Below are positions 11,353-25,089 of a DNA stretch of 64,000 nt, piece by piece. The translations under genes were made by a program, and so were the position numbers. This DNA is from Octopus vulgaris. Lineage: Eukaryota. Below the pieces are notes generated by a model, which saw only the letters and a list, made by a program, of their open reading frames with translations, made no database searches and was not told where the DNA came from. Every line of letters begins with the position of its first letter. Positions within the stretch are counted from its first letter, which is position 1. The stretch spans positions 49,538,001 through 49,602,000 of the forward strand of contig OX597815.1 in NCBI GenBank assembly GCA_951406725.2. The letters are read 5' to 3'.

Positions 11353-11905
11353 AGTGGCTGCCCCCTCATTATCGAGTATGGCCATTGCACGAAGCTTAAT
11401 CAATGTTGTTATTGTGCAATGCCTGTGCAAGAAGATTTTTTTTAAAGTGAGGAAAGGCTGTGCACTGAGTCAATCCCCATCACTAAGCAACAGCAGCCAT
11501 AATCCGAAAAGAAGAACAAGTCAACATCATCGGTAACCACTGAGTCACAGGTTTTATGTCAGAGTTATCCCAGTTACCTGAGTTACCTCTCCTAGAAGGA
11601 TGTCCTAACAAAGGCTAGGAGTCCTTCACTCCCAATGGTTTAACCGTGCGATCGGGTATTCAGTCCGATTATTTCTATGTCTCCGTGCATGATACAGCCA
11701 TAAGACATTTATTGGATGGCCGTTGACTCTCAAGAGTTCCTCCGCCCTTTGACGGGTTTTGTTTTTCATCCCGCAGGGTGTCCAATAAACATCCTCCTCA
11801 CCAAGCAAGCTTGGTGGGGTTGCCGGTTTAGTTGCCGATGACTCGACCATGCAACAAGTTGTACTGGATTACATGTTACCAGTCGCACTCGAAAGTGACC
11901 TGACA
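11353..11905 (+). mobile_element. CpG-rich non-coding insert between TA tracts, possibly an RTE 5'-UTR-derived non-autonomous element
   Basis: Sharp compositional boundaries at TA runs and retained CpGs. The start (gtggctgccccctcattatcgagtatg) resembles RTE 5' ends from memory only. Confidence 0.4.
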
Positions 11906-12086
11906 ATATATACATATATACATACATACATGCATACACAGCAACCCTAGTTGCTAACCACAAACTATAAAATAATCTTTTTCGGCTTATTGAACTTTGG
12001 TATGGGAAAATTTGCAGCCTTCTACAGACTGCTCAAAGCTTACTAACTTCCTACACCAGGAGCCTAGGATCTTACCTTTACATATA

Positions 12087-12128
<42 letters not shown>

Positions 12129-12129
12129 A

Positions 12130-12168
<39 letters not shown>

Positions 12169-12945
12169 CATACACATACACATATATATATATATATACA
12201 TACCCATACACACACACACAACAGGCTTTCATACAGTTTCCATCACACAAAACGTTGGTCAGCCCCGAGGCTATAGTACAAGACACTTGCCTAAGGTGCC
12301 ACATAGGGGGACTGAACCCGAAACTAAATGATTGTAAAGCAAGCTTCTTAACCACAGTACCATATCTGCATTTATGGTAGGGTGTGATTTGATGGAAATC
12401 TAGTTACTATTTCTAGCAGATTAAGTGAACATATAAAAGCTTCCTCGTTGTCTTGTGTAATTAAGGATGGTGAAGAGATAGAAAATTAGATTATGATGTT
12501 CATGCCTTTCCACACAAGCTTAAACAATAATTTAACCCTTTAGCAATTAAACTAGCCATTTCAGGTCAAAATATTCTAATTGTTTTATGGTTAAACTGGC
12601 CAGATCCATTCTTTTACACCTACCCTACATGCCATTCTAGAAGTAAATAATCAAACCATTAAAATCCCAAAGCTATGAGATAATGGAGAATTACTTTAAA
12701 ATAATGTGACTAAGGCTTTGAATCCCTGCATAAAAATTTTATTGACAGTGCAATCTGAATCCTAAAGGATTTACGGAGATTACAAAAACTGGGAATCAAA
12801 ATTGGATCACAGCACAGAGGTATCATGAATATTTGTTGAGTATGAATAATAGATCTATGTTCTTTGTCCAAGAAGATTATGGGATGTAAATATGCCAACA
12901 CCAGTTGTGGGAGACAAGCACTGACACAAAGGCACACACACATAT

Positions 12946-13009
<64 letters not shown>

Positions 13010-13034
13010 CACAAGCTTCTTTATTTGTATCTTT

Positions 13035-13490
13035 GTGGTACCAGTGCCGGTGGCACACAAGAAAATCATCCGAACGTGGCCGTAGCCAGTACCGCATAGA
13101 CTGGCCTCCGTGCTTTGGGGACGTAACAAACACCATCCGATCGTGGCCGTCCGCCAGCCTCATCTGGCACCTGTGTCGGTGGCACATAAAAACACCATCC
13201 GAGCGTGGCCATCTGCCAGCCTCGTCTGGCACCTGTGTCGGTGGCACATAAAAACACCATCCGAGCGTGGCCGTTCGCCAGCCTCGTCTGGCACCTGTGT
13301 TGGTGGCACATAAAATCACCCACTACACTCTCGGAGTGGTTGGCGTTAGGAAGGGCATCCAGCTGTAGAAACACTGCCAGATCTGACTGGCCTGGTGCAG
13401 CCTTCGGGCTCCCCAGACACCAGTTGAACCGTCCAACCCATGCTAGCATGGAAAACGGACGCTAAATGATGATGATGATGATGATGATGA
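13035..13490 (+). mobile_element. RTE 3' UTR (family R) with about 4-5 tandem ~62-bp units
   Basis: Unit gtgtcggtggcacataaaaacaccatccgagcgtggccgttcgccagcctcgtctggcacct repeated, then the standard family R tail and (GAT)n. Confidence 0.9.
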
Positions 13491-14269
13491 ATCCTCTCAC
13501 AAAGTATTGGCTGACCGAAGACTATAGTAGAAGGCTTTTGCCTACAGTGGCATGCCATATGATTGAACTTAGAACCATATGGTTGTGAAGTAAATTTTTT
13601 ACCTCACAGCCACACCTATATACATACACACATATATTCTTATATATTTACATACATACATGTATATACATATTTACATACATACATATATATACATATT
13701 TACATACGTATATTGCTGTGCCTAGAAAGAGTTATTATCCCAATATATATATATATATATGTATGTATATGTATATGTATAGACACATATGCACACACAC
13801 TCTCAAACACAAAAGCACACACACCAGGTGTCCCATACCTTTATAATTTCACTGCTTAATAAATCATGCTTCATAAATGGGACACCTAGTTTCCACATTT
13901 GCATGTACATGTCTAAGTGCATATACTTATGTATGCTTCTGCACCCACGTGTATGTGTTCAAGTGCACTTATGCATAAATAAGATGCGTATTTATGAGAC
14001 GTGTAACAACACACCCTCGTTATAAAATAGCCTGTGTGCTACATAAAACAACAGCCACACGACATTGAATGAAAGTGTTGTGGGAAGGACAGGGTTGGTA
14101 CGATGTGATGGGAGGGCGTAGTACAAAAAGTAGCAATCAAGGAAATTGGTTTCATTTCAAACATGGCCATCAACAATTCTTAGTTAACAGTTTAAGTTGT
14201 GGCCACACAGCCATTATATATACTATGAAACCTTATGTTTAACTTGGCTGATGGGTGGTAGGGTTTCTA

Positions 14270-15115
14270 TTGTATGTGAGTGAATGTGTATGTGTGTGTG
14301 TGTGCGTGCATGTGTATGTATGTGTGTGCGTGTTTGTATGTGTGTGTGTATGTATGTGTATGTGTGTGCTTGTGTGTGTATATGTATATGTATGTGTATG
14401 TGTATGTGTATGCTTGTGTGTGTGTATATGTTTGTGTATGTGGGCTTGTGTGTGTGTGTATAAGTGTATATGTGTGTGTAAGTGTGTATGTATGTGTATG
14501 TGTGTTTGTGTGTGTATGTGTGAAAGAGAGAGAGCAGGTCAGTGTATGTGCGTGCATGATTGCATGTGTGTGTGTGTGTGTGAATATGTGCGTGTGTGCG
14601 TGTTTGTATGTGTGTGTATGTATGTGTATGTGTGTGTGTATGTGTATATGCATATGTATGTGTATGTGTATGCTTGTGTGTTTGTATATGTTTGTGTATG
14701 TGGGCTTGTGTGTGTGTATAAGTGTATATGTGTGTGTAAGTGTGCATGTATGTGTATGTGTGTTTGTGTGTGTATGTGTGTGTATGTGTGAAAGAGAGAG
14801 AGCGGGTCAGTGTCTGTGCGTGCATGATTGCATGTGTGTGTGTGTGTATTTATACTTGACTGAATGACTTTGTCTCTCTATCTGTATTGTGTGTGTATAT
14901 GTGTGTGTGTGTATTTGTATGTGTGTGTGTAAGTGCATCTATGTGTGCTTTTTTGTATGTATGTGTGAGTGTGTGTTTCTATGTGTGTGTGAGTATTTAT
15001 GTGTATATGTGTGGGTGGTTGTGAATATGTGTGTGTGAGAGAGTATTTATGTACGTATGTATGTGTGACAAAGTGCATTGGTGTATGCTTGTGTGTGCAT
15101 GTGTGTGTGTTTGGG
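14270..15115. repeat. Complex (TG)n/(TATG)n microsatellite with a ~270-bp tandem duplication
   Basis: Landmark gaaagagagagagc(a/g)ggtcagtgt..cgtgcatgattgcatg occurs at ~14522 and ~14790. Confidence 0.9.
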
Positions 15116-15309
15116 TGCTTCAAAGGAGAAAGAGTTTAATTGTTGAATGAAAAAGACAGAGAGGGAGAGAGAGAGAGTGGGAGAGAGAGAGGGAGAGAGG
15201 AAGGGAGGTTTGAATTTGGTTGGAGAGTAAAGGGTGCTTGTTGATTAGATGGTTCATAAATTGTTGTTTGTGTTGTTATTGTTTAATTGTTTTCATTCAT
15301 TCATTCATT

Positions 15310-16130
15310 CATTCATTCATTCAATCACATGCACATTCAGTCATACATACTCACATGCAGTAAAACATTAACACACATACATACACATAAAGACACACAC
15401 AATCATACATACACAATCATACATACACACATACATGTATTCGTATATCCATATACATTCAGTCACACATACACCCATACAGTCATGCATGCATACAATG
15501 ACAAATACACAGATTTGCACACAGTCATACAGTCACACAACACAAACACACATATACACATACAGTCATACATACCCACATGCAGTGATACACACATACA
15601 ATCACACATACTCACACACACAGTCACACACATACATAAGGTCGCATACACATATAGTATTACACATATACACATACAGTCATACATACCCACATGCAGT
15701 GATACACACATGCAATCACACATACTCACACACAGTCACATACATACATGAGGTCACACACACATACTATTACACATATACACATACAGTCATACACACA
15801 TACAATCACACATATGCATACATTCACACATAGTCACACACACACATAATCACACATAATCACACATAGTCAGACATACAAATATACATATAAGCACATA
15901 CAGTCATGCATACACACATACACTCATACATGCTCACACTGTCACACGTGTATATACACACATACAGTCATACACACACAATCACACATACGTGCAGTCA
16001 TACACATGCATACAATTACACATATACACATACTGTCATGCATACACATATAGTCATACACTCATACAATCACACTTACACACACACACACACACACACA
16101 GAGTCGCACATCCATACATACAATCACACA
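15310..16130. repeat. Complex (CA)n/cagtca-rich degenerate satellite with a ~114-bp duplication
   Basis: cacatatacacatacagtcatacatacccacatgcagtgatacacacat occurs at ~15549 and ~15663. Confidence 0.85.
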
Positions 16131-16574
16131 TAGCCACTCACTCTCCATCCCTCTCCCTCACCTCTTTTGTTGATTCTCTCATTTACACCCATTCCATCAG
16201 GCTGGTCATTGGGTTGGTCCAACCTCACCTAACTCACTCACACCATTCTTAGCCACAGCATTCTACATGTGCACTCACCCACCGCCCACAGAGAGGCACA
16301 CGCATACACACACACACACACACACACGCATGCATGCAGAGCCGCTCATTCTCTCTGCCTGCTTTCACTCCCCTCCCCCACCACTCACACACCCACACAC
16401 ACTTCCTTCTCCGTCCGCATCTCCCTCACTGGTAATCCCAATTCTGACCGATTCATTCAAGTCCGACAAACATTACGTACTTTGATTTCATCGACACACC
16501 ATCCCACTCCGTCCTATCCGCAACTTGCCCCCAACCCCCAAGTTGACTGTCACCACTCATCAATGAATCATTTA

Positions 16575-16607
<33 letters not shown>

Positions 16608-16964
16608 GCTGCTGCCGCTGCTGCTGCTGCTGCTTCCTTGTTATCCGTCAGCACTAAATCCATATCATTGCCCCCAACTTTAAATTCATACAAGTTGTAC
16701 AATCTCCGGGCAATGAGAAAGCTCCTATGAGGTCACCCACTCTGCTAAAAATGGCAGCAACGACTCTCTCTCTCTCTTTCTCTCCCTTTTCTCTCTCAAA
16801 TCTCACACACCTCCCCCCTGTTCTCTTAAAAGAATAAAAGGGCTTGTTGGATAATAGGGGTCCTCCTGTACTATATATAGGAAATAGAATGACAGGACGG
16901 TCATGGTCGGAAAGCTGTTGCTACAGGTCCACTCAGTTAGGACTGGTTTAGCTGACATGGGACT

Positions 16965-17155
16965 AAACTACTACTACCACAACCACCACCACCACCACCA
17001 CCACCACCACCACTAAACAAATTATTTGTCCCATACCACATCGGCAATGAATCACCAGTATTATCACAACCACCACCACCACCATCAGATCAATAAAACT
17101 CTACTGTTATTACCATGTTCACCACCATCACCACCACCACCACCACCACCACTAC

Positions 17156-17203
<48 letters not shown>

Positions 17204-17700
17204 CGCTACCACGACTACTACTACTTCCAACAACATTGCCCCCACCATCACCACTACATCACTCGCTAGTGCTGTCATTAAATCAATAACCATCACAACA
17301 ATAATTACAACCACCACAAATCCATCGCCAACACCACCCACCCACTACCGTCACCGCTGCCGTCGGCACCGCCACCATCATCATCATCACAACTTTTATA
17401 CACTATCACTAACCAGTAACCGTCACATTCATCAGCTGCACCACCAACACCAACACCACCACTGTAAATCCACAGCTAACATCAGTATTACCAAACAACT
17501 GCTGCCACCACCACCGCCACCACCACCACCACCACCGTCGTCTCCAACGCCATCATCACCATTACCACCACCACCACCGCCTCCTTCACCACTGCTTCCT
17601 TTACCACTGCCTCCTTCATCACTGACTTTGAAAATTCATAACCATCATCAGCATCATGCTACCAGTGCTACCATCTTCATTGCCATTCTCACTATCACTG
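16965..17700. repeat. (ACC)n/(ACT)n trinucleotide low-complexity block
   Basis: Mixed triplet runs; source of the poly-T/P/H ORFs. Confidence 0.9.
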
Positions 17701-18010
17701 TTACAAAATAGCAGCCAAATCTCCCTCATTTTGTGGTTGACCATTTTTAGAAATAAAAAAAAAACAGGCACAGAAGTATATATGAAGGGTGTGATCTTCC
17801 CTGGGTAACTCTTTTATGGAGTTGGCACTTTTGGGTCTGTCGTATAAGCCCCGCTGGTGGAAGAGTAAATTCAAAGGTTGCTCTTTGGTGGCACAACCAG
17901 TTTTGTTACACCACCTGAAGGGTGCATATAATATTCTTCCTCATCAGACACGTTGAATAAGAAAAGCAAAAAAGTCATTACTATAATGTCTTTGGTTAAA
18001 AATGTGACCA

Positions 18011-18800
18011 GGCGCAAGCGTGGCTGTGTGTTAAGGAGTTTGCTTTCCAGCCACATGGTCCATGGTTCAGTCCCACTGCATGACACCTTGCGCAAGTGTC
18101 TTCTACTATAGTCTCAGGCTAACCGAAGCCTTGTGAGTGAATTTAGTAAATGGAAACTGAAAGAACCTTGTCGCCTGCCAGCCAGGAGTGGATGTGTGGT
18201 AAGTAGCTTGCTTACCAACCACATGGTTCTGGGTTCAGTCCCACTGCGTGACACCTTGGGCAGTGTCTCTTACTATAGTCTCGGACCGACCAAAACCTTG
18301 TGAGTGGATTTGGTAGACGGAAACTGAAAAGAAGCCCATCGTATATATGTATATATGTGTGTATACATGTGTGTGTATATGTTTGTGTGTCTGTGTTTGT
18401 CCCCACAACATTGCTTGACAACCGATGCTGGTGTGTTTACGTCCCCGTAACTTAGGTGTTCAGCAAAAGAGACCAATAGAATAAGTACTAGGCTTACAAA
18501 GAACTCAACAAGGGGTGGTGCCCCAGCATGGCCACAGTCAAATGACAAACAAGTAAAAGAATAAAAGAGTGTGTGTGTGTGCGCATGTGCGGATGTGCAT
18601 CTGTCTGTGTCTGTCCTCTACCATTGGCTGACAACCAGTGTTGGTGAGTTTACATCTACATGACTTAGCAGTTCAGCAAAAGAGACTAAAAGGCTTTTAA
18701 AATAAGTACCGTACATCTGGGGTCGATTCAGTCAACTGGAATTCTTCAAGGTGGTGGCTCCAGCTTGGTCGCAATCTAATGAAACAAGTAAAAGAAAAGG
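18011..18800 (+). mobile_element. Cluster of SINE family A copies (head, near-full copy at 18185-18570, 3' half)
   Basis: Three consecutive matches to family A. Confidence 0.85.
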
Positions 18801-19124
18801 AAAGACAAGCAAGTAAAAGAAGAGTGATAAAACAAACAAACAAACAAACAACTACAAGCACTACCAGCATATTACCATCAGAAAAATCCACCCTAGCCCA
18901 CCCCTAAAACCAACCAGCCAACCAACCAAACAGCTAGCCAGCCAGCCAGCCAACCAGCCATTGAACCATCGAAGCACTGAACCACTGTCTATCCCTACTC
19001 AACCTCGTCTTACTTCCTCTCCTATAACACAGTCTGAGTTTTGGGACAACTTATTTCAAATGTACACAAACATTTATTGATTCAACAGGCCTCAGATATA
19101 TCTTTATGCCACTGATTTCTGAGG

Positions 19125-19353
19125 CTGCTACTGCTACTGTTGCTGTTGCTGCTGTTGCTGCTGTTGTTGTAGTTGTTGTTGTTGTTGTTGTTGTTGTTTA
19201 GTACTGTTGCTGCTGATACAATTGTTGTTTATAGTTTTATTTTTGTTAATGTTGTTGAACTTACTGCTGTTGTTGTTGTAGTTGTGGAAATTTTTGAATA
19301 GTTTGTAAGCTGACTATCCACTCAATTGCCCTTTTTGCTGCTGCTGCTGCTGC

Positions 19354-19422
<69 letters not shown>

Positions 19423-20155
19423 GGTGGTGGTGGTGGTGGTGGTGGTGGTGGTGGTGGTGGTGGTGATGGTGTGATGGTGATGTTGCTGATGGAGTTGACA
19501 GCGGTGGTGGTGGTGGTGGTGGTGGTGACAGCGGTGGTAAGTTGAGGGCTAGTGGTGGTGGTGATAGTGTGATATTGCTGATGGGGTTGACAGTGGTGGT
19601 GGTGGTGGTGGTGGTGGTGGTGGTGGTGGTGGTGTTAAGTGGAGGGCTAGTGGTGGTGGTGGTGGTGGTGGTGGTGTGATGGTGATGGGGAATAGCTTGT
19701 AATGATTGTGGCAATGGTGGTGATGGTGGCAGTGACAATACTAGAGGGTGGTGGTTGTGGTGGTGATGGTGGTGGCGTTAAGATGGGATTGGCAGAGGTA
19801 GCAGGGTGGGTTCATGATGGTGATGATGATGTTGATGGTGTTAACAGAGGTGGTAGAGGTGGTGACAACATTGACATTGATGGGTGGTGGTGGTTACAGT
19901 GGGGGGGGGGGGGTAGGGGTGCCTTTAGGGGTTGATCATAATGGAGCTTGTAGTGCTAATGGCATGGTGATGGTGATGATGTTGGTGATGTCAATGGTAG
20001 TTGTGTTAGCTGATTCCTTATTCTGGGGTCATGACTGCTTATTTCCATGTTCTTCCTTATGCACAATCCACCACCACCATTACCACCACCATCACCACCA
20101 CCATCACCCCCACCACCACCATCACCCCCCCACCATCACCCCCCCCCCCCACCAC
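19125..20155. repeat. (GTT)n/(GGT)n then (ACC)n trinucleotide block
   Basis: Directly visible triplet runs and G/C homopolymers. Confidence 0.9.
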
Positions 20156-20317
20156 AAATCTATACTTGGCCAGCATCCTTCACATCCACCCATCCACACC
20201 TCTCCTCTCTCAGACATCTCTACAGTCTCATAAAACTCTCCAAGACAAGGGAGATCCTATGCAGGCACTAGACTAGCTAGAAACAGCAGCCAGTCCTCCC
20301 TTAAATCATGCCTTACT

Positions 20318-20745
20318 CTCTCTTTACTCTTTTACTTATTTCAGTTATTTGACTGTTGCCATGCTAGAGCACCACCTTTAGTCAAGCAAATCGACCCCAG
20401 GACTTATTCTTTGTGAGCCTAGTACTTATTCTATCGATCTCTTTTACCAAACCGCTAAGTTACGGGGACATAAACACACCAGCATCGGTTGTCAAGCAAT
20501 GTTGGGGGGATAAACACAGACACACAAACATATACACACAGACACACATATACATATATATATATACACATTTATACATATATACAATGGGCTTCTTTCA
20601 GTTTCCGTCCACCAAATCCACTCACAAGGCTTTGGTCAGCCCTGAGGCTATAGTAGAAGACACTTGCCCAATGTGCCATGCAGGGGGACCGAACCCGGAA
20701 CCATGTGGTTTGTAAGCAAACTACTTACCACACAGCCACTCCTAC
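20318..20745 (-). mobile_element. SINE family A, full length
   Basis: Reverse complement of the complete unit. Confidence 0.9.
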
Positions 20746-21136
20746 TATTAAAAAAAACAAAAAACAAAAGCAGAATTAAATATTTCTAAGATGGAACACC
20801 TGAATAAAACAGGATGATCACAACTGGAATTTTACTTTAGTTATAGGTCTGGTCTGATCCAGATCCAAGGATCACTAAGAGCCAAACAAAAACACCTACA
20901 ACAATGGTAATCCTTTCCAAATTCCAGCACTTAAATATCTATTTCCTTCTCTTCCTAGACATTATTTATTACCCAGCAGATCCCTTCTTTCTTGGCCAAA
21001 ATACATAAAATACACTCAAAATGATGACTATTGTCAGAGTACATGTCATATACTTCTGTATATTCATGTGGGTGTGTGTGTGACAGAGAGGTTTGGGGAG
21101 AAGGAGAGAAACAGTATCTGTGTGTATATGTGTATA

Positions 21137-21307
21137 GGTGCAGGAGTGGCTGTGTGGTAAGTAGCTTGCTTACAAACCACATGGTTCCAGGTTCTGTACC
21201 ACTGCGTGGCACCTTGGGCAAGTGTCTTCTACTATAGCCTCGGGCCGACCAAAGCCTTGTGTGTGGCTTTGGTAGATGGAAACTGAAAGAAGCCTGTCGT
21301 ATATATG

Positions 21308-21349
<42 letters not shown>

Positions 21350-21604
21350 TACATATATATATATGTACGTGTGTGTGTATGTGTTTGTGTGTCTGTGTTT
21401 GTCCCCCCAACATCACTTGACAACTGATGCTGGTGTGTTTACATCCCCACAACTTAGCAGTTCGGCAAAAGAGACCGATAGAATAAGTACTAGGCTCACA
21501 AAGCATAAGTCCTGGGGTCAATTTGCTTGACTAAAGGCGGTGCTCCAGCATGGCCACACTAAAATGACTGAAACAAGTAAAAGAGTAAAAAAGAGAGTAA
21601 AGAG
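21137..21604 (+). mobile_element. SINE family A, full length
   Basis: ggtgcaggagtggctgtgtggtaag...gaaacaagtaaaagagtaaaa. Confidence 0.9.
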
Positions 21605-21782
21605 CATATCATCCATCTTATATAGTTGAAATACAGCTAATGCACTGCATATATCTCTTTCCTATCCCTTACAAAATGACCCCTGTATGGACTCTCCTCC
21701 TACCCCTTTACTTCATACCTCCCATTCTCCTCCTCTGGCCACATAATACTATCATCAGCACCATACCACTATGATGGCAACA

Positions 21783-21850
<68 letters not shown>

Positions 21851-22274
21851 CATTACTACTGCTGTTGCTATTGTGTCCTGTGACTTCTTCCACTGTTCAC
21901 TCCTCTGTATTTTGGACAGTGAGGGATGCTGACACATCAGTGATGTTCTTACAGGACATTTAAACCAATATTACTTGCTTCGTACTGATTACTCACATGC
22001 TTTTTCAGGCTTTTAAAATATCGGAAAGAAAACTCCAAAATATTCCTGTTATCTATTAGTCCTCCTGGTGACAAACAAAACAAACCACCACCACCACCAC
22101 CACTACTATCACCACCACCGCTACCACTATCATCATTGTTGTCATTGCCATCTTCATCAACATCATTAGTCTCAAGGTGGCAGTCTAGCAGAATTGCCAA
22201 ACCAAAAGAAAATTCCAGTACAATCAACAGTTCCATTCTGCCTCAAAATGTTTCGTCTTGCCCCTATGTTAGAA

Positions 22275-22318
22275 ATTATCATTATTATTATTATTATTGT
22301 TATTATTATTATTATTAA

Positions 22319-22350
<32 letters not shown>

Positions 22351-22420
22351 GAGGCGGTACCATAGCCAATGAGGGTTATCCGAGGCATGGTTATTGCTAG
22401 TTGAAAATTACTATTATTAC

Positions 22421-22481
<61 letters not shown>

Positions 22482-22502
22482 TTTATTTATTTACTTATTA
22501 TG

Positions 22503-22534
<32 letters not shown>

Positions 22535-22551
22535 CATTATTATTATTATTA

Positions 22552-22582
<31 letters not shown>

Positions 22583-22605
22583 CATTATTATTATTATAAT
22601 TATTA

Positions 22606-22655
<50 letters not shown>
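22275..22655. repeat. (ATT)n microsatellite
   Basis: Long ATT runs. Confidence 0.95.
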
Positions 22656-22661
22656 GAGCTT

Positions 22662-22892
22662 AAAGGCAGTAACTTGGCAGAATCGTTAGCACACCAGGTA
22701 AAATGCTTAGTGGTATTTTGTTTGTCTTTACATTCTGAGTTCAAATTCTGCCGAGGTCAACTTTGCCATTTATCCTTTTGGGGCCCAATAAAATAACTAC
22801 CAGTTGAACTCTTGGGTCGAGGTAATTAACTTACACCCTCACCCAAAATTTATGGCCTTACACTAAAATTTGAAACTATTATTATTATTATT
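22662..22892 (+). mobile_element. SINE family B, full length
   Basis: aaggcagtaacttggcagaatcgttagc (A-box-like)...gagttcaaattc (B box)...aaatttgaaac followed by (ATT)n. Confidence 0.85.
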
Positions 22893-23209
22893 AGGCCTAG
22901 TGGCTATAGAATTTCAACTCAGAACGTAGCGGGAGATGAAATACTGCTAAGTATTTCACCCAGCGGGCTAACTATTCTGCCAGCTTGCAGCTTTAATTTC
23001 TTTACCACTCTTACCACACAGACATGACTGTGTGGTAAGAAATTTACTTCCCAGCCACTTAGTTTCAGGTTCAGTCCCACTGTTCAGCACCTTGGGCAAG
23101 AGTGTCTTCTACTATAGCTCTAAGCTGACAAAAATTCAAAGGTTGCTCTGTGAGTGGATTCAGTATATAGAAGCTGAATGAAGATCATTATGTGTGTGTG
23201 TGTATGGAA

Positions 23210-23655
23210 TATCTAGATATAGACAATAGAACTATGTAAAAACAATGGGACAGCTAAGAGAGCTAAATATAGACAATGGACCACTATATGTTGATAATGG
23301 GACAGCTAAATATCAACAATAGGGGAACTAAATATAGAGAATGGACAACTAAATATTGATAATGGGGCAGCTAAATATGGCAAATGAAACAGCTAAACAT
23401 AACCAATGAAGCTGCTAAAAGTAACAAGACAATTAATTACAGACAATGGGACAGCTAAATTTAGGAAATACGAAATCTAAATATAGAAAGTGGGACAGCT
23501 AAATAAAGAAATGAGACATCTAAACATAGGCAACATGACTGCTAAATATAGACAATGATGTGGCTAAATACAAAAGGACAGCTAAATATATGCAATAGCA
23601 CTATGCATTAAAGGCAATGGGAGGTAAATATCAACAAAGGAACATCTAAGTAGAT
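23210..23655. repeat. Degenerate ~21-bp minisatellite
   Basis: About 20 variants of gggacagctaaatatagacaat. Confidence 0.85.
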
Positions 23656-24187
23656 TATTATGTTTCCCTGGCAGGATAATCTGTCAAAGAATTTTGAGAT
23701 CGTGCTCTTAAAGTTACCTTTGGGCAGAAATATCAGCTACATCTCCCAACAATCTTCTTTTTTTTAAAACAAAGAAGGAAACAGTGGATAGTGTAGTTTC
23801 AAACAAATAAATAAAAAATGAATAAATAGAACTGGATGGCCATATGTGGAAAGCTTTTGATCATCGATCTACTCAGTTAGGACTGATCTAGGCTAAATAA
23901 TGACAACATTATCTTCTTAAGCAAGTCACCAAACCCTGCTTGTCTCAGTCTTCACTGTTGATACTGCTACATGATTTTTGTACTGTTATAAGTCAGTTGA
24001 CTGCAGCTGTATGTTTAAGTCCTTGTGTATCTCAAGTATGAACAACCTTTTTGGAGAAGCAGGCCTTGCACAAAACATGTCTTACCATCATGTGAGTTAC
24101 ACTACTAAGAAAACCTAAGGTAATATTTCATTAGGCGTGCCATTCAGAGTATCCTGCAGGTCACAGGTTGTCCACGACTGATATATG

Positions 24188-24218
<31 letters not shown>

Positions 24219-24447
24219 TGCCAGTGTATACAGGCAATAGATGTAAACATTGTCAAAATGATATATAAAAGAATTGCTTCTGAAAACGAAATCCCTTGAG
24301 GCATTTACTCTGCCACAATTATATACATGATCCCTTGTGACTCATGTCATCAGAAATTCAGTGAACCAGACATTGGCCTGTTGGAAACCTTTAACCAACA
24401 ACACTATTGTTCAGAAGATGTGTGATACATACACACACACACACACA

Positions 24448-24535
<88 letters not shown>

Positions 24536-25089
24536 TATCTATACCTATCTCTCTATTAACAAAGCAACAATGCTGCAAGTCATTCTGTCTGATGCTTTAA
24601 TGATTCTGCCAATCTACTGCCTGTCTAAGGAAATAGTTCCTTATAGAATGGTAAGTTTGTGATATTTATCATTTCATTATTTGTCATTTCCTTTCTTATT
24701 TTCTTAAACAGTCTTAGGTCAGTGATCTTTGCCATTTTCTACAAGTTACTTACTGACAGTCAGTATGGCTGAGTTCTCCAATGAAGCAGAATGAAAAATT
24801 CCTTTGCAACAATGGCACAGCAAAAACGACTGCATCTGGTGTCATAAACATGCACTGCCTCTCCCACATCACTCTCACTTCTTATCTGCCCCACCTCTCT
24901 CTATCTCTCTCTCTCACACTCTTTATCTCCCTCTCCCCCTCTATCTGTCCCACTCCTCAACCCTCTCTCTAAACAGTTGATTGTCTACTGAATGTACTCC
25001 ATTCTATATGACCTTTTCAATGAAGCTCTGCATAAGTCCTGAGCCACTAAATATATGATGAAAGACGTGCCAACCATGGCTATCCTTTA

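Noticed and set aside
13035-13320. CRISPR-like array of palindromic repeats
   Set aside because: The 'spacers' are near-identical, the units are part of an RTE 3' UTR, there are no cas genes and the context is eukaryotic.
17808-17960. Minus-strand CTGATGA-GGAAGA...TCTTCC hammerhead-like start
   Set aside because: No GAAA follows the stem and there is no convincing stem I or III; at best a dead remnant.
22009-22318. Possible exon after ttttcag with an open Pro/Ser-rich frame
   Set aside because: The frame runs through (CCA)n and a decayed SINE B head, and no donor site or homology is evident.
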